This document shows positions 22,627-33,600 of a stretch of 64,000 nt of DNA, in pieces (position 1 is the first letter of the stretch; each line of letters begins with the position of its first letter). Under the pieces are notes generated by a model. The model was given only the letters and a program-made list of their open reading frames with translations. It was not told the DNA's origin and did not search any database. This DNA is from Diplonema japonicum (taxonomy: Eukaryota > Protista > Euglenozoa: Diplonemea). Location of the stretch: contig OZ025710.1 of assembly GCA_964019335.1 (NCBI GenBank), forward strand, positions 124,001-188,000, written 5' to 3'. The translations under genes were made by a program, and so were the position numbers.

Positions 22627-23568
22627 CTAGAAAGAAGGGTTTTTCACCGGGGACGTTTCGTTCTCTGTTCGTATGCACTTCAGCCCTTTGGTCGGTTTGC
22701 CGCAGAACACAGCGCAGGTGTGCTGTGTCAAGGTAGACGTATTACCCTTCGCAGAGGGGATCCTGGCAAAATGACAACACAGAAGGTCGTCGGCGTTCTT
22801 AGGCAGCTCGCGAGCAGCGCTTGGGTGTGGCACGGAGCACCCAAGGTCTTCAAGAAGAGGCGACACCGTTAAAGGCGAAGGTGACGGGAAGACAAGGCTC
22901 TCCAAGAAATTTTTTGCAGGGTCGTGGTGCGACAGTGGTCTATCATCAAGATTCAGCAACGATGGTATAAGGTACCCAACGGCTTCACGGTAACCCGGAG
23001 TGCCAGAGACGGGGTTGTTGACGAGGGTGAGATACCGCAGACCGCTGCAGCAACCCAACTGCTGCACGCTGCTTAGGGAATCTACATCATTCGCCTCTAG
23101 ATCAAGAACTTCCAACATTGTCAAACAGTCTAAAGGAGATGGGTCCGTTATGTAATTAAACGGTATGTAAATTTCCCGCACGCTTTGTAAAGCCCCTGCC
23201 CCGTCCAGCCATCGCAAGCCGCATCTTGACAGTTTCAGCACAACTATGGTGTGCAGTGCTCCCCCCAGGTCCCTTAGAGATGGGACGTTACTTTTTTCGA
23301 GCTTTACAAGAACGATTTTGGGCATGGATCTCCCCAAGGAGCCCAGCATGTTGTCTGTGAAATCTAGTCGTCTGCCTATTAGTTCCACTGCTTCTTCGTT
23401 GACAGGCAGGCTGTTGCGTGCAGCCGTGCTCCCTCCATCGAGGGTCACCCTCACCCACCTTTTCTTTTTTTGAACGGAGTTTGCTTGTGTAACTTCTTCT
23501 TCGTCGGTTGAAGTCGGTGTGCATGCTGACGTCACGCAGGGCCAAGCACTAATATCGATCGCTGTCAT
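22627..23568 (-). CDS. LRRC56: Leucine-rich repeat protein LRRC56/ODA8-like (dynein arm assembly)
   Basis: SLRDLG..L..L.LSRCGL..LDG..L...EIY..FN.I.D.SPL..L..LEVLDLE.N is the LRRC56 signature. Confidence 0.8.
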   Translation of the reverse strand: MTAIDISAWPCVTSACTPTSTDEEEVTQANSVQKKKRWVRVTLDGGSTAARNSLPVNEEAVELIGRRLDFTDNMLGSLGRSMPKIVLVKLEKSNVPSLRDLGGALHTIVVLKLSRCGLRWLDGAGALQSVREIYIPFNYITDPSPLDCLTMLEVLDLEANDVDSLSSVQQLGCCSGLRYLTLVNNPVSGTPGYREAVGYLIPSLLNLDDRPLSHHDPAKNFLESLVFPSPSPLTVSPLLEDLGCSVPHPSAARELPKNADDLLCCHFARIPSAKGNTSTLTQHTCAVFCGKPTKGLKCIRTENETSPVKNPSF

Positions 23569-24425
23569 TTCCTTAAAAAAAATAGCTGCTTGGGTTTCTC
23601 TCTCTCCCCCCCCCCCCCCCTTCTTTTTATCCCGCCTTCACTAAGCTGAAGAGAAAGGGGGGGGGGGAAATAAGAGAAATAAAAATAAAAAATAAAAAAT
23701 AAAAAGCAGGAGAAATAATATAAAAAAAAAAAATAGGGGGACGGTCGCATGGCTATCTCGTCGTGCGGAAGGGGGTGAAAAAAAAAGAGGGGGCGGGATG
23801 CGTGTAAACCACTTCCCAATAAAAAAAAAATAAAATAAACATAATCATCTGGGCATTCAGCAATCCTTATGAACGGGGATCAGAGTTCAGGTCTACGCTG
23901 TAAAAGAAAAGCATCTATCTGCATAAGTTGCTTACTTGCTAAGGTTGCGGCGTATACACACAGTAGGTTACCGAAACAAGGCTTAGACGAATATGTTATA
24001 TCTCCCCCCCCCCCCCCCTCTCTCATCCCCAAGGAAAGAAAAGAAAGATAAGAGAAGAAAAAAAAAACAAATACCGGAGCTAATTAAATAAAGGTGGGCA
24101 CCAAAGGGGGGAGAGGGGGTCTCAAGATTCCCCATGTCCTCCTTTTTTTTTTCTCTTCCTTTTTTGTTCACTGCACACATCGAAAGGGGGTATCTTGCTC
24201 GGTCACAACAGCACAAGCAAGATATCCACCATTTAGAAGAATAATAATTAAAAAAAAAAAAACATAACGTCTCTGAAATACTTGCCAAGCCCCCCCCCCC
24301 CGTTTTTTATAAATTTTACCACCATGCCTCCCTAAGGGACGAGAAGGGAAAGAAAGCAGCTTCCTTCTATTTTAAATTCCCTTTTCTTCGGTTCCCCCCC
24401 CCCCCCCCCCCCCTCTTTCCTGTTG

Positions 24426-25330
24426 TCATCGCCACAAAATGTTCAATTTCTTGTTCAGGAATGAAGACAGGATCTACAGTTGTGTTATTGTTTGTTTTAA
24501 TTTTTTTTTTTTGATTTTTTTTTCCTCCCCAAAAAAAAACCCCTTCCTTCCCTACCTTGTGATTGAGCCAATGGCACACGCCTTCCCACTCACTACTAAA
24601 TTTTCTACACAACTGCTCAAAAGCCACCAAATCCAGCGGACCTTGGGTTTTGTTGCTGCAGGTAATATATTGAATAAACCTCTTAAAATCTCCAACACAA
24701 GCCTCGGCCCGGGGGTGCCCTGCTTGGACCCCAGTTGGCCGGTATTCACGAAGAAGCAAATGTGTCCTTATTTTTTTTTTTTTTTTTTTTTTCCCCCTTA
24801 AATCCACACCTAAAGTAAGTCACTACCAAATTGACCCCATAAGCAGGGTCCCAGGAACTACCTCTATCAGAAGACGATGGGATGTGTAAGAAAGGTGTTC
24901 CGGAAGAGGGACCAGCTGCGTGCCCCTTTCCACCCTTTGCATAAGATGTAGAGGGGCTTCCCTTGTAAGACGGCCTATGAGCATGGTTAGGGTACGACCT
25001 GGCAGCCTTCCCGCCACTGCCACCAGACGAATAGTGAAACGAAGGTGGTTGGTAGTCCATTGCATCTTGCTCAACCCCGTAGTTGTAGCCCTCCATTCCC
25101 CCAGAGGTGGGGGGGTAGCGACCAGAGTACTCTCCGCCGTAGTACTCTGTGCCGCCCATCGTCCCCTGGCTGTAGTAATCACTCATTTCGTAAGGGGGAC
25201 CCCCTTGTGCGTACGCATAGCCTCCTCCTGCAGAGCCCTTGCCACCTCCTTGGAAGGAATAGTCATACTCAGCAGCTTCCTCAGGCATGTAGGTTTCTAG
25301 TGGCTTGTCCCTGCTGTAGCTCCATTCCAT
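24426..25330 (-). CDS. Hypothetical protein with a Gly/Tyr/Ser-rich low-complexity N-terminus; 3 exons
   Basis: Exons 25330-24810, 24766-24556, 24473-24426 (780 nt, in frame); GT-AG introns 24767-24809 and 24474-24555. Confidence 0.7.
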
Positions 25331-25852
25331 TGTTTATTTGTGTGTTCGTGCCCTTCTTTTTTTTTTCCCCCTCAAAAAAATGGTATGATTCAAAATAATA
25401 TTAAAACTACGAAGAGGGGGGGGGGGGGGGGGGAGAACTACTGAACAGATCTCGCATTGGAGAACAAAAACAAAAGGAGGGGGGGTGGGCAAATATTAAC
25501 CTTCCATATTCGCTAAGTGACCTGCCCTATGTCCCAAAAGGGGTTATAGGGGGAAAAAATGTCAAAAATGCTCAAAGGTTCATTGAAAAAAATTTTTTTT
25601 TCAAAAAATCCATATGTCGGACATGAAAGAACGGTGAGTTCCAAGGAAGTTCCAAAAAAAATTTTTTCCAAAAAAATTTTTTTTTGGGGGCCAACCAAAA
25701 TGACCTTGGAAGTCGCCATTTTTGAGTTTTGGCCATTTTTGCCAAACTTTTGCGCCTGGGCACTTTTCCCTTTAAAAACCCTTGGAAAACTGGTTCGATC
25801 CCAGAAGCCAGCATCTTCCTGACCAGTAGTTCAGCGGAAAATATTTTCGAAG

Positions 25853-25924
25853 GCCAGGGTGGTCTAGTTGGGAGGGCTTTGCCCTGCACCTAGGCGAAGC
25901 GGGTTCAAACCCCACTCCGGCGGC
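25853..25924 (+). tRNA. Degenerate tRNA-like gene (CT-GCA loop, Cys-like) inside the MITE
   Basis: A box TGGTCTAGTTGG, stem TTTGCC/GGCGAA, B box GGTTCAAACCC, T7 terminator. The acceptor stem is mismatched and the anticodon loop is 9 nt. Confidence 0.55.
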
Positions 25925-26061
25925 TTTTTTTAGGTACACCAGGAGAGGAACGAGCCTGTACTGCTTTCGTAAGCTTGTGGGAGTCAAATTTGAAAGAAGG
26001 GAACCTACTCCACTCACTGTTCCAGATGCGTGAGTAAAGATGGGGGGTCAGAGTTTTGAAT

Positions 26062-26144
26062 TCCTGTGTGGTAGAGTGGTTACCGTGCTCACCTGTCAGG
26101 CCCCCTTGTTCCAGGAGTCGCGGGTTCGAATCCCGACGCAGTGG
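26062..26144 (+). tRNA. Degenerate tRNA-Asp(GTC)-like gene with an insertion, inside the MITE
   Basis: TCCTGTG-TG-GTAGAGTGGTTACC, CT-GTC-A loop, B box GGTTCGAATCCC, T6 terminator. The anticodon stem is disrupted. Confidence 0.6.
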
Positions 26145-26993
26145 TTTTTTCATCAGGGTTCGAACCCCACTTGTGCCGTGTTTTTTCCACCGGAGCTGCT
26201 TCATTTTGTATAGTACAAAGTAAGGCAAATCACCAAAAAAAATTTTATTACAAAAAAGAATTCCATATGTCGGACATTGGGCCCCGGACGCACATAAATC
26301 CATTCCAGCCCTAGAAAAAGCAATTAGAAATTTTTTTAGCTCTTCAAAACGCGAGTTCTGGTCGGTCACTTAGCGAATATGGAAGGTAAATAAATAAAAA
26401 AGTCAACTTGTCAAATACCGATTGGCGTGGAAGAATATTGCATTTTCTTTTTTTAAGACTTGCAACAAAGGGGGGCTGAATTTATGTTCTCACTTTTATT
26501 CTCTTTTTTTTTTTTTTGCCCTGCAAACACGTCGCCGAGTTCCGGTCATCCTCTCCTTTTTCTTTTGCTCAAATCACATTTTGCATTAAAAAAAAAGGGT
26601 GAGGATAGAAGTGCCAGAAACAACCTCTCTCCCCCCTCTCCCCCTGAGAAAAGAAAGTAGAAAACACGCAGGTGTGGGAGGAACCAGATAACATATTTTT
26701 ATTTTTACGAATTTTTTTTTCTTGTCTTTTTTTTTATTTGTGATTCCTCATTTCATTTTCTATTTTTTTTTTTTTGTGTATTAACCGACCGAAGGAAGAA
26801 GAAGAAGACAAAAGAAAAAAAAAGAATAAATGTAAGTTCAGTATTTTTTTTTTTTCTTTTTTTTTTGCGCGTAATGAAAAAAAAAAGAAAAAATCCGCGT
26901 AAAAAAAAAAAAAAAAAAAAAAAAAACATTCTGTTTTTATTAAAATTTGAGAAAAAAAATTTTTTTTTCCCCTCACCGCCCCCGTAAGGAGGA

Positions 26994-29900
26994 TCAGTCT
27001 ACAGCGTGCCTCGCAAGGTTGCGATGTATCCAATACTCAGGGAAATCTGTTGTGTGCATCCCTGGGTCAAATGTGTACCCAGAAGGAATGGCTTCTATAA
27101 GAGCACCATTCGGTAAGTAGATAAAGCTTCTGTAGATCTTCCGTGCCCCGTCCGTAGGCCGCTGTATGAAAATGGTAACAAAAGCTGCTTCGACAGGGTT
27201 GATAGCACATGAAAGATGACGGGAACGTAGATTGAAACCAGGTATTTTAAGGGGTTTTGCCTCCTTGAACCCCCACCCGAGGTATTTTCGCAATGCTATG
27301 GACCTCGACAGAGCGCCTGATTTCTCGAAAAAGATTAAATCTGCGAGGAGCTGTGCGTCAAGGACTTTGAAAACCATGGAGTCCTCATCGACCTCGTCTT
27401 CATCAGCATGCTCCACCACGCGAACAGGGTAGTTCTTGACCTGGGGTTCCCAATACCTGAGCAAAAGATGTTTTTGCTCCCGAAGGTCCGCCTCTTTTAT
27501 CGAAGTGGTTGACCTGATCTCCTCGTACTCCAGGTCATGGTAGCCATCCTGCTCATCGTCTCTAAGATAATCGTCGGTTTGCATAAGAAACGGGTAGTAC
27601 TTCTGTAAATGCTTCAAAATATCTGAACCGATTTTTTGCGACCCGAGCTTGCTGCGGAGCTTAGAGCGTTTTGGACGGGACAAGGTGATTCTGTTAAGGT
27701 ATTTTTGAAGCCAGACCTGCGGATCGGCGCCGCACTCCTCCGAAGACAGCTGCAGCAAGACCCACAACCGCTCTCGGAACAAACAGATTTCCATGTCGTG
27801 CGCATTCTCGCAAACAATTTTTTTCGTATCACCCGATTCAGACCTCCACCGTTGCGCCCCATGCACAACACCATCGAACTCTCTCTGCGAGATTTCCATG
27901 TCGTACGGCATAAACAGAGAACTCTCAGGAGATTCCAACCGCTTGTACACATCGTTAATCTTTCCGTTAAGGTGCCACGCGGTGGTGAACTTGTACCACA
28001 AAAACCCGGATATAAGTATCAATTGGGTGTAGATAACGAGAGTTACAGCGATGCCTGGTAACCCAGAACCCTCCTCCCGTTTGAACATGTGGTACAGAAG
28101 GAATGCTTCACCGTGTCGCCAGCGTTGTTCCGCGGTGTCCATCAGACTTGTGAACAGAGGGTCGAGTACAGTGTTTAGACAGAAACAGAAGACGAACCGC
28201 GACAGAATGAGAGGGAAGAATCCGAAGATGAGTTGGATTGCTACCGACCATGCCAGCATGAGAATCTGCACACCGATGCAAAACATCATCCCGGAGGCGA
28301 CTGCGAGGGTTTCGTACAGTGGGCTGAATGAGCTGTCGGCACCATCGTCGAAATCCAACACCATACGGTAGGGCATCCATGATATTATGATCGGGACATC
28401 ACGCGCAGTCAGGAACACCCACAACCCGAAGGAATGTGCGAAGGACCTCAGCAACAATGTCACGAGAAACATTAAAACCATCGTCATGAGCTTTGTCTTG
28501 TGCCAACGACCGGAGGGGTTGACACCCATGTCGTAGAGTAACACAGAGGCAACGTAAGGGAGCTTTTCTCGGAACCGCCGTCGGACGCGGAAAAACTCCC
28601 GCCGGTTTGAAATCGCGGATTTGAAATCTGTAAGATCGACGTCCGTGTGGTGCTCTTCCTGCGCATTTTGAATCTTCTTCAAAACAGGTAGCTTCCCTGC
28701 GAAGGTTGCAAGCTTCGCTGGTGTCATTTGAAGCGTCTCCACCGCGCCCATGCCCTCTGTTACCCTTTCATCGTGGACGATTATCTCTCCTGCATCTAAC
28801 GCATCGTTGTTTAAAGGTGTCTCTGCCTCCTCTGCAATCATATCGAGCTCTTCCCAGTCCTTGTTTTTTTTCCCAACGAGTTGCATGAAGTGCATTTTCT
28901 CGATCTTTTCCCGTCTCGGTCCCGAAGCAATCTCCCCAACGGAAGTTTCATCCTTTTCAAGCGATCTCGCCTCCGCGGGTGCGAGATCCGTAAAAAACGA
29001 AACCTTCGGAAGCATGGGGACACCCAGCATCATGAGTTCGTCACCTACCTTGTTGTAAGCATTTGGGTTTACGTCAACCTTCCTGTCGGGTCCGGGAGGC
29101 GGTAACGGTTCGGTAGGGACTATCGATAAGGTCCTGTCAGCGTCAGGCACTTCGATGCTGACCTCTCTGTCAGGGTTTACATCTGAAACCGTCATGTTAT
29201 ATGAGAAGTTTACAGCCTGCTGCTGCGGTTGGTCGTGCAGGGTAAACGCAAGAGAGTCTATCGCCCTCTTCTTGACGTCCTTCGAAGGCAGCCCCGGTTC
29301 AGGTGTGAGCTCTGAATGCGACGTTACAGAATCTTCCTCATCTACATATGCCCGCGCTTTCACAACGAGACGCGTGCTTTCATCGTTATTACCCCTCCGA
29401 CGGGGTTTTAGAATAGAAGGAGGCCGGGGCACACCAAGACTGACAGACTCCGGTGTACTGTGCTCTGAACATAAATCATCATCATCATCTCCAACCCGTT
29501 GCCGACGGGGCTTTAAAATAGAAGGAGGTCGGGGCACACCAAGACTGACAGACTCGGGTGTACGGTTTTCTAGACGGGGCTTTAGAATAGAAGGAGGCCG
29601 GGGCACACCAAGACTGACAGACTCCGGTGTACTGTGTTCTGAACACATATCATCATCATCTCCAACCCGTTGCCGACGGGGCTTTAAAATAGAAGGAGAC
29701 CGGGGTAAACTGTGCACGGACCCTACCTCGCTGTGATCCCCGAATAAGTTACTTGACTGCGGTCGTTCCCTCTCAACGGGGCTTGTGGGAAGCTTGATGC
29801 TGACGCCACGACGGAGGCCGCCTTGCGTGTCGCTGACGTCCAACAAAGGGTTTGTGGCTGCTTGCGAACCGTCATATGATAAGGTCAAGGGAGGCGGGGG

Positions 29901-31163
29901 GGGCATGAGGGGCATCGGGGTCGAGGTGGCTGATTCTTGCAATGACTTTCTCCGGAGCATAGGGTTGCTCGAGTTTCTGCAAAACGACTGCGCGGGTTTC
30001 GGAGCAAGAGACAACTCGTTAGCAGGTTTCAACGCGCGTTCCGTATCAGGCGCGATCGTGATGTAAAGATTCCCCAACCAGTTCGAAAGGTCGTTCTCGA
30101 TCGTGTTCTGCAGCTTGGTGAACGTATCGATTGCAGGATCTACCGCTCCTTTTAAAATCGGGATTTTGAAGTTCCCGTAACCGATGTTAAACGTAGGCCC
30201 TACCAACGGCCACACACCCCATCCAAGGTTTGTATCAACAGGACAAAATTTCCCTTTTTTAAGCCGCCATATTTCAAATTGAAGTACTATGTGCGACTGC
30301 AGCAATTTGTCGGACGGGCACACCATTCGAAACCTTTCATTGAACGCTAGGTTCAGCGAGTAGTACTTTCCACGATAGTGATGAGGCCGAGTGTTGCCTT
30401 TACATTCATCGATAGGCTGCGAAACGTATGAAAGCGGTGATCCGGACAAACCATCGAGGATCTCCACATGAAGGATGTAGTCACCACAAGGCAGCCTGTC
30501 TTTTGTACCTTGTACAGAATGGATTGACAGAACGTATGGTTGTGGGGTATGATTCCACTCTGCAATCCATTTTTTAGACGCGATTTCGACTGACGATCCG
30601 GAGAATTTTTGGAGGGTCCCGTTGTTTTTCTGAAGAGACGCTACTAGGGAATCTTCGTGTTGTTGCCATTTTCGGTGGATCCCCTCTCGGGCTTGGAGTT
30701 CGTACTCACGTGTTTGAGCTTTCATTCTGTGAACGGCATCGTCGATGGAGTCGATTTCCGTGAGGATTTCGTTTCTGAAATTGTGTTCTACGTTTGCTGT
30801 TTCTGCCGCGCGGAGGGTTTTGAGTTTTTCAAAAGCTTTTTCTTCGGCTATTTTTACCTCGTTTATGTAGTTTTGTTCCTCGTCAACGAGCTCCGGTTTG
30901 ATCTGCCCTACATCGAGAATCTCGTCGAATGTCCATTCATCCCTGTCGTTGTGGCAGATCCCGTCCACCTCCTCTCGGAGTGCGGTGAATCCTTTCGCGT
31001 CCTCATCGTCGTCGAAGAGCTTAAAATTTCCCTTTAGAAAGTCCGGAACGGAGATCTCGTCGCTGCTTCCGGGCGTGTCCTCGTCCATGTCCACTGCTTC
31101 TATGAACCGGTCTGTCTCATCTTCCGGTTTCACACCTGCTATGTCTTCCTTATCATCTTCCAT
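26994..31163 (-). CDS. OFCC1-like multi-pass membrane protein with internal tandem repeats
   Basis: W..TPQP...KDRLP.G.Y...D.L.G N-terminal domain and VLDP...GEAF.LY..F..EEGSGL.GI membrane region resemble OFCC1-family proteins. Confidence 0.7.
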   Translation of the reverse strand: MEDDKEDIAGVKPEDETDRFIEAVDMDEDTPGSSDEISVPDFLKGNFKLFDDDEDAKGFTALREEVDGICHNDRDEWTFDEILDVGQIKPELVDEEQNYINEVKIAEEKAFEKLKTLRAAETANVEHNFRNEILTEIDSIDDAVHRMKAQTREYELQAREGIHRKWQQHEDSLVASLQKNNGTLQKFSGSSVEIASKKWIAEWNHTPQPYVLSIHSVQGTKDRLPCGDYILHVEILDGLSGSPLSYVSQPIDECKGNTRPHHYRGKYYSLNLAFNERFRMVCPSDKLLQSHIVLQFEIWRLKKGKFCPVDTNLGWGVWPLVGPTFNIGYGNFKIPILKGAVDPAIDTFTKLQNTIENDLSNWLGNLYITIAPDTERALKPANELSLAPKPAQSFCRNSSNPMLRRKSLQESATSTPMPLMPPPPPLTLSYDGSQAATNPLLDVSDTQGGLRRGVSIKLPTSPVERERPQSSNLFGDHSEVGSVHSLPRSPSILKPRRQRVGDDDDMCSEHSTPESVSLGVPRPPSILKPRLENRTPESVSLGVPRPPSILKPRRQRVGDDDDDLCSEHSTPESVSLGVPRPPSILKPRRRGNNDESTRLVVKARAYVDEEDSVTSHSELTPEPGLPSKDVKKRAIDSLAFTLHDQPQQQAVNFSYNMTVSDVNPDREVSIEVPDADRTLSIVPTEPLPPPGPDRKVDVNPNAYNKVGDELMMLGVPMLPKVSFFTDLAPAEARSLEKDETSVGEIASGPRREKIEKMHFMQLVGKKNKDWEELDMIAEEAETPLNNDALDAGEIIVHDERVTEGMGAVETLQMTPAKLATFAGKLPVLKKIQNAQEEHHTDVDLTDFKSAISNRREFFRVRRRFREKLPYVASVLLYDMGVNPSGRWHKTKLMTMVLMFLVTLLLRSFAHSFGLWVFLTARDVPIIISWMPYRMVLDFDDGADSSFSPLYETLAVASGMMFCIGVQILMLAWSVAIQLIFGFFPLILSRFVFCFCLNTVLDPLFTSLMDTAEQRWRHGEAFLLYHMFKREEGSGLPGIAVTLVIYTQLILISGFLWYKFTTAWHLNGKINDVYKRLESPESSLFMPYDMEISQREFDGVVHGAQRWRSESGDTKKIVCENAHDMEICLFRERLWVLLQLSSEECGADPQVWLQKYLNRITLSRPKRSKLRSKLGSQKIGSDILKHLQKYYPFLMQTDDYLRDDEQDGYHDLEYEEIRSTTSIKEADLREQKHLLLRYWEPQVKNYPVRVVEHADEDEVDEDSMVFKVLDAQLLADLIFFEKSGALSRSIALRKYLGWGFKEAKPLKIPGFNLRSRHLSCAINPVEAAFVTIFIQRPTDGARKIYRSFIYLPNGALIEAIPSGYTFDPGMHTTDFPEYWIHRNLARHAVD
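29395..29710 (-). repeat. Coding tandem repeat (PESVSLGVPRPPSILKPR x3; SILKPR x4)
   Basis: Near-identical DNA copies of agaaggagg.cggggcacaccaagactgacagactc.ggtgtac. Confidence 0.9.
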
Positions 31164-33428
31164 ACCCCCTCCCTGTTGGTTTTCTTTTTTGATCTTAAAA
31201 AGTAACTTTTTTTTTGTTTTGATATGGGGAAAATGGGTGGGGGGGGGGGGGGGAGAAAAGTTGGAGAGGGAAGAAAAAAAAAAAGCAGAGTTTTTGTTTC
31301 CTCTTTTTTTTTCTGTAAAAAAAAGGGGGGGGAGGGGAAGTTATTTTCAAAAAAAAAATAAAAATAAAAAAAGGTGGTTTTAGGAGAACTCCTTTTTTCC
31401 CCCTCTCCTTTTTCTTGATTCTAGTGTAAATGGTAGAACAGGTATAAAGGGGGAAAAGGGTAGGGAGGGGAAAGAAAGAAAAAAAGGGGGAAAAGGGGAA
31501 AAAAAGTAAGAGAGGAGAGAGAGAGAGAGAGAGAAAAGAGAAGAAGAGAGAGAAAAGAAAATTATTAACACATTTTCCCTTGTGCCTCCTCTACATCCCT
31601 GAATGGAAAGGTGGTGAAAATAAAATCGTGGAGATAAAAAAAAAAAAAAAACTGGGAAAGGGGGTGGGTCTTGACCAGAAATAGTTTTTTTTTTCAATTT
31701 CCTATTTCTCTTGAAGACCCTTCTTTCTCCTCTTTCTGTTGTGTTTTTTTTTTCTTTTTTTTTTTTTCGATCTTATGAAAGGAGGTGGTGCAAGCTTAAT
31801 TGTGCACAAAGCAGTGTTTCTCTATTCTTATTGCGCTGCCAATGGGTATTGTTAAAGCAAGAATTACAATAAAAAAAAAAGAAAAAGAAGAAAAAAAAAA
31901 AGCAAAACCTAAAATAAAAATAGGGGAATGCTGTTGGTATTCAATTTTTGTTTTATTCCCCCCCCCCCCACTGAAGAATCATTCAAGTTTCCCCAGGAAA
32001 GTAATGAAAAAGAAAGGAAAGGCCATGTATGGTGTAATAAGCTTTTTTTTTTTTTTTTAAATATTTTGTACAACAATTCAAAGAGAATCCAATTTCTTTT
32101 TTTGTGTGTGTGTGTGTTTTTTTTTTTATATTTTGCTTCCCCCCTTTTTTTTTCTCTTTTTTCAAAAAACACTTGATGTTTTTTTTTTTTTTTTTTTCGA
32201 TCTCTTAACGTCAAGGGGACACAAGTCGTACGGCGCTTAGTGCGACCACCACTCGGCTCCAACTGTACATAAAGTACAAGGGGTGGGGGGTAGTGGTCTG
32301 CCAACACATTGGAGTGAGCTCTAGACATGGCGTGCCTGGGGGGGGGGGGGGGGGGGGGGGCATCGTTTTCCTTTGCCGAATGCCCAGGTGACTTGCTTTA
32401 TTCTTTGTCACTCCGCTGAGCGCCTGGTCACAGACTTCGGCTTTAAAAAAAAAAAAAATTAGAAAATATGGAATGAATAATAGTTGTTCGTGCGCACTAG
32501 CGGGGTACTTCACGAAAACGTTGTTAATTTTTATTCCAAAAAAGAAAAGAAAAAAAAAACCTGTAATAAATATTATAAAAAAAAAAAAAAAAAAATCAAC
32601 TACCTGCGTTGCCAACGAATAGTCTTTGGTAGACAATATAATATTGCTAATACACACAAAAAAAAAGGGTTTTTTTTTTTTTTTCTTTTGTCATTCCGTA
32701 GTTTTTCTAGCCTCATCTCACTCATAGAGAAGAGAAGAAGAAAAAAAAAAAAAACAAGAAAAGGCTTCGCTACAGGGTGGAAACCAGGGGGGGGGGGGGG
32801 GGGGGAGAAGAGTCGGGTTTTTGGTATCTGCCTGAGCACACGTATATCATAATCCTGGGAATAAATACGGTACCTTGTGTTAGAGAAAAATGAGGGAACA
32901 GGCCAGTGGAGGAAAGCTAAATGGGGATCTTGGAAAAGATCCCCTAGAAATTTTATGGTGGGGGAAGGGGGAGGAATGTAAAAAAAAAAAAAAAAAAAAA
33001 AAAAAGGCGAGAGGAAGAAAAAAAAAAGTAAAGAGGCAGCCAAGGCAAGAAGCATCAGATCGTGAGCAGGAGAAGAAAAAAAAAAGAGGCATAATGCAAT
33101 AATAAATGTAACAAGCAAAAAAAAAAAATCTTTTTTTTTTAAATAATAATACCGTCTTTGTACTTCGTGGAACGAAAAAAATGTTCGCTGAAAATATAGG
33201 GATTTCTTATTTTTTTTTTTTATTTCAAGGCTCTTTAGAACTTTCCCGATCCATATTAAATACAAAAATACGGTAATAAAGAGGGGTTTTTTTTTTCATC
33301 TTCCATCTCAGAAAACCTATGGAAGAGTATTTGCGGTCCGCCCTGTTTATGTTATTTTGATAAAGTCCATTCTCCTTTCTTGCATTAAGAGAAGATGACC
33401 CTCTCTTTGCGCGAAAAGGACCAAGGGG

Positions 33429-33463
<35 letters not shown>

Positions 33464-33600
33464 CTACTAGCTTGATGAAATCAAGGGTAAAGGTGAACCC
33501 TTTTTTTTTTTTTTTTTTTTTTTTTTTCCTTTTTTTTATACAAATAAAAAATAATAATAATGTTACAATCCCCCACCCCCTTCTTCATATGGATCCGGCC

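Larger units (their letters stand above)
25500..26386. mobile_element. Non-autonomous piggyBac-like TIR element (MITE) carrying tRNA-like sequences
   Basis: Perfect 23-bp TIR CCTTCCATATTCGCTAAGTGACC at 25500-25522 and 26364-26386; flanks TTAA (left) and TAAA (right); subterminal direct repeat TCCATATGTCGGACAT; no transposase. Confidence 0.85.

Noticed and set aside
23850-24240. Complex-sequence islands and a 9-bp hairpin (TATCTTGCT/AGCAAGATA) as SECIS or snoRNA
   Set aside because: No ATGA/GA quartet, and no C box paired with the CTGA motifs.
25853-26144. Functional tRNA-Cys and tRNA-Asp genes
   Set aside because: Acceptor and anticodon arms are defective; kept only as tRNA-like Pol III cassettes.
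32261-32279. TGTACTTTAT match to the euglenozoan spliced-leader 3' end
   Set aside because: Only ~10 nt, part of a small palindrome, with no full SL exon or donor.
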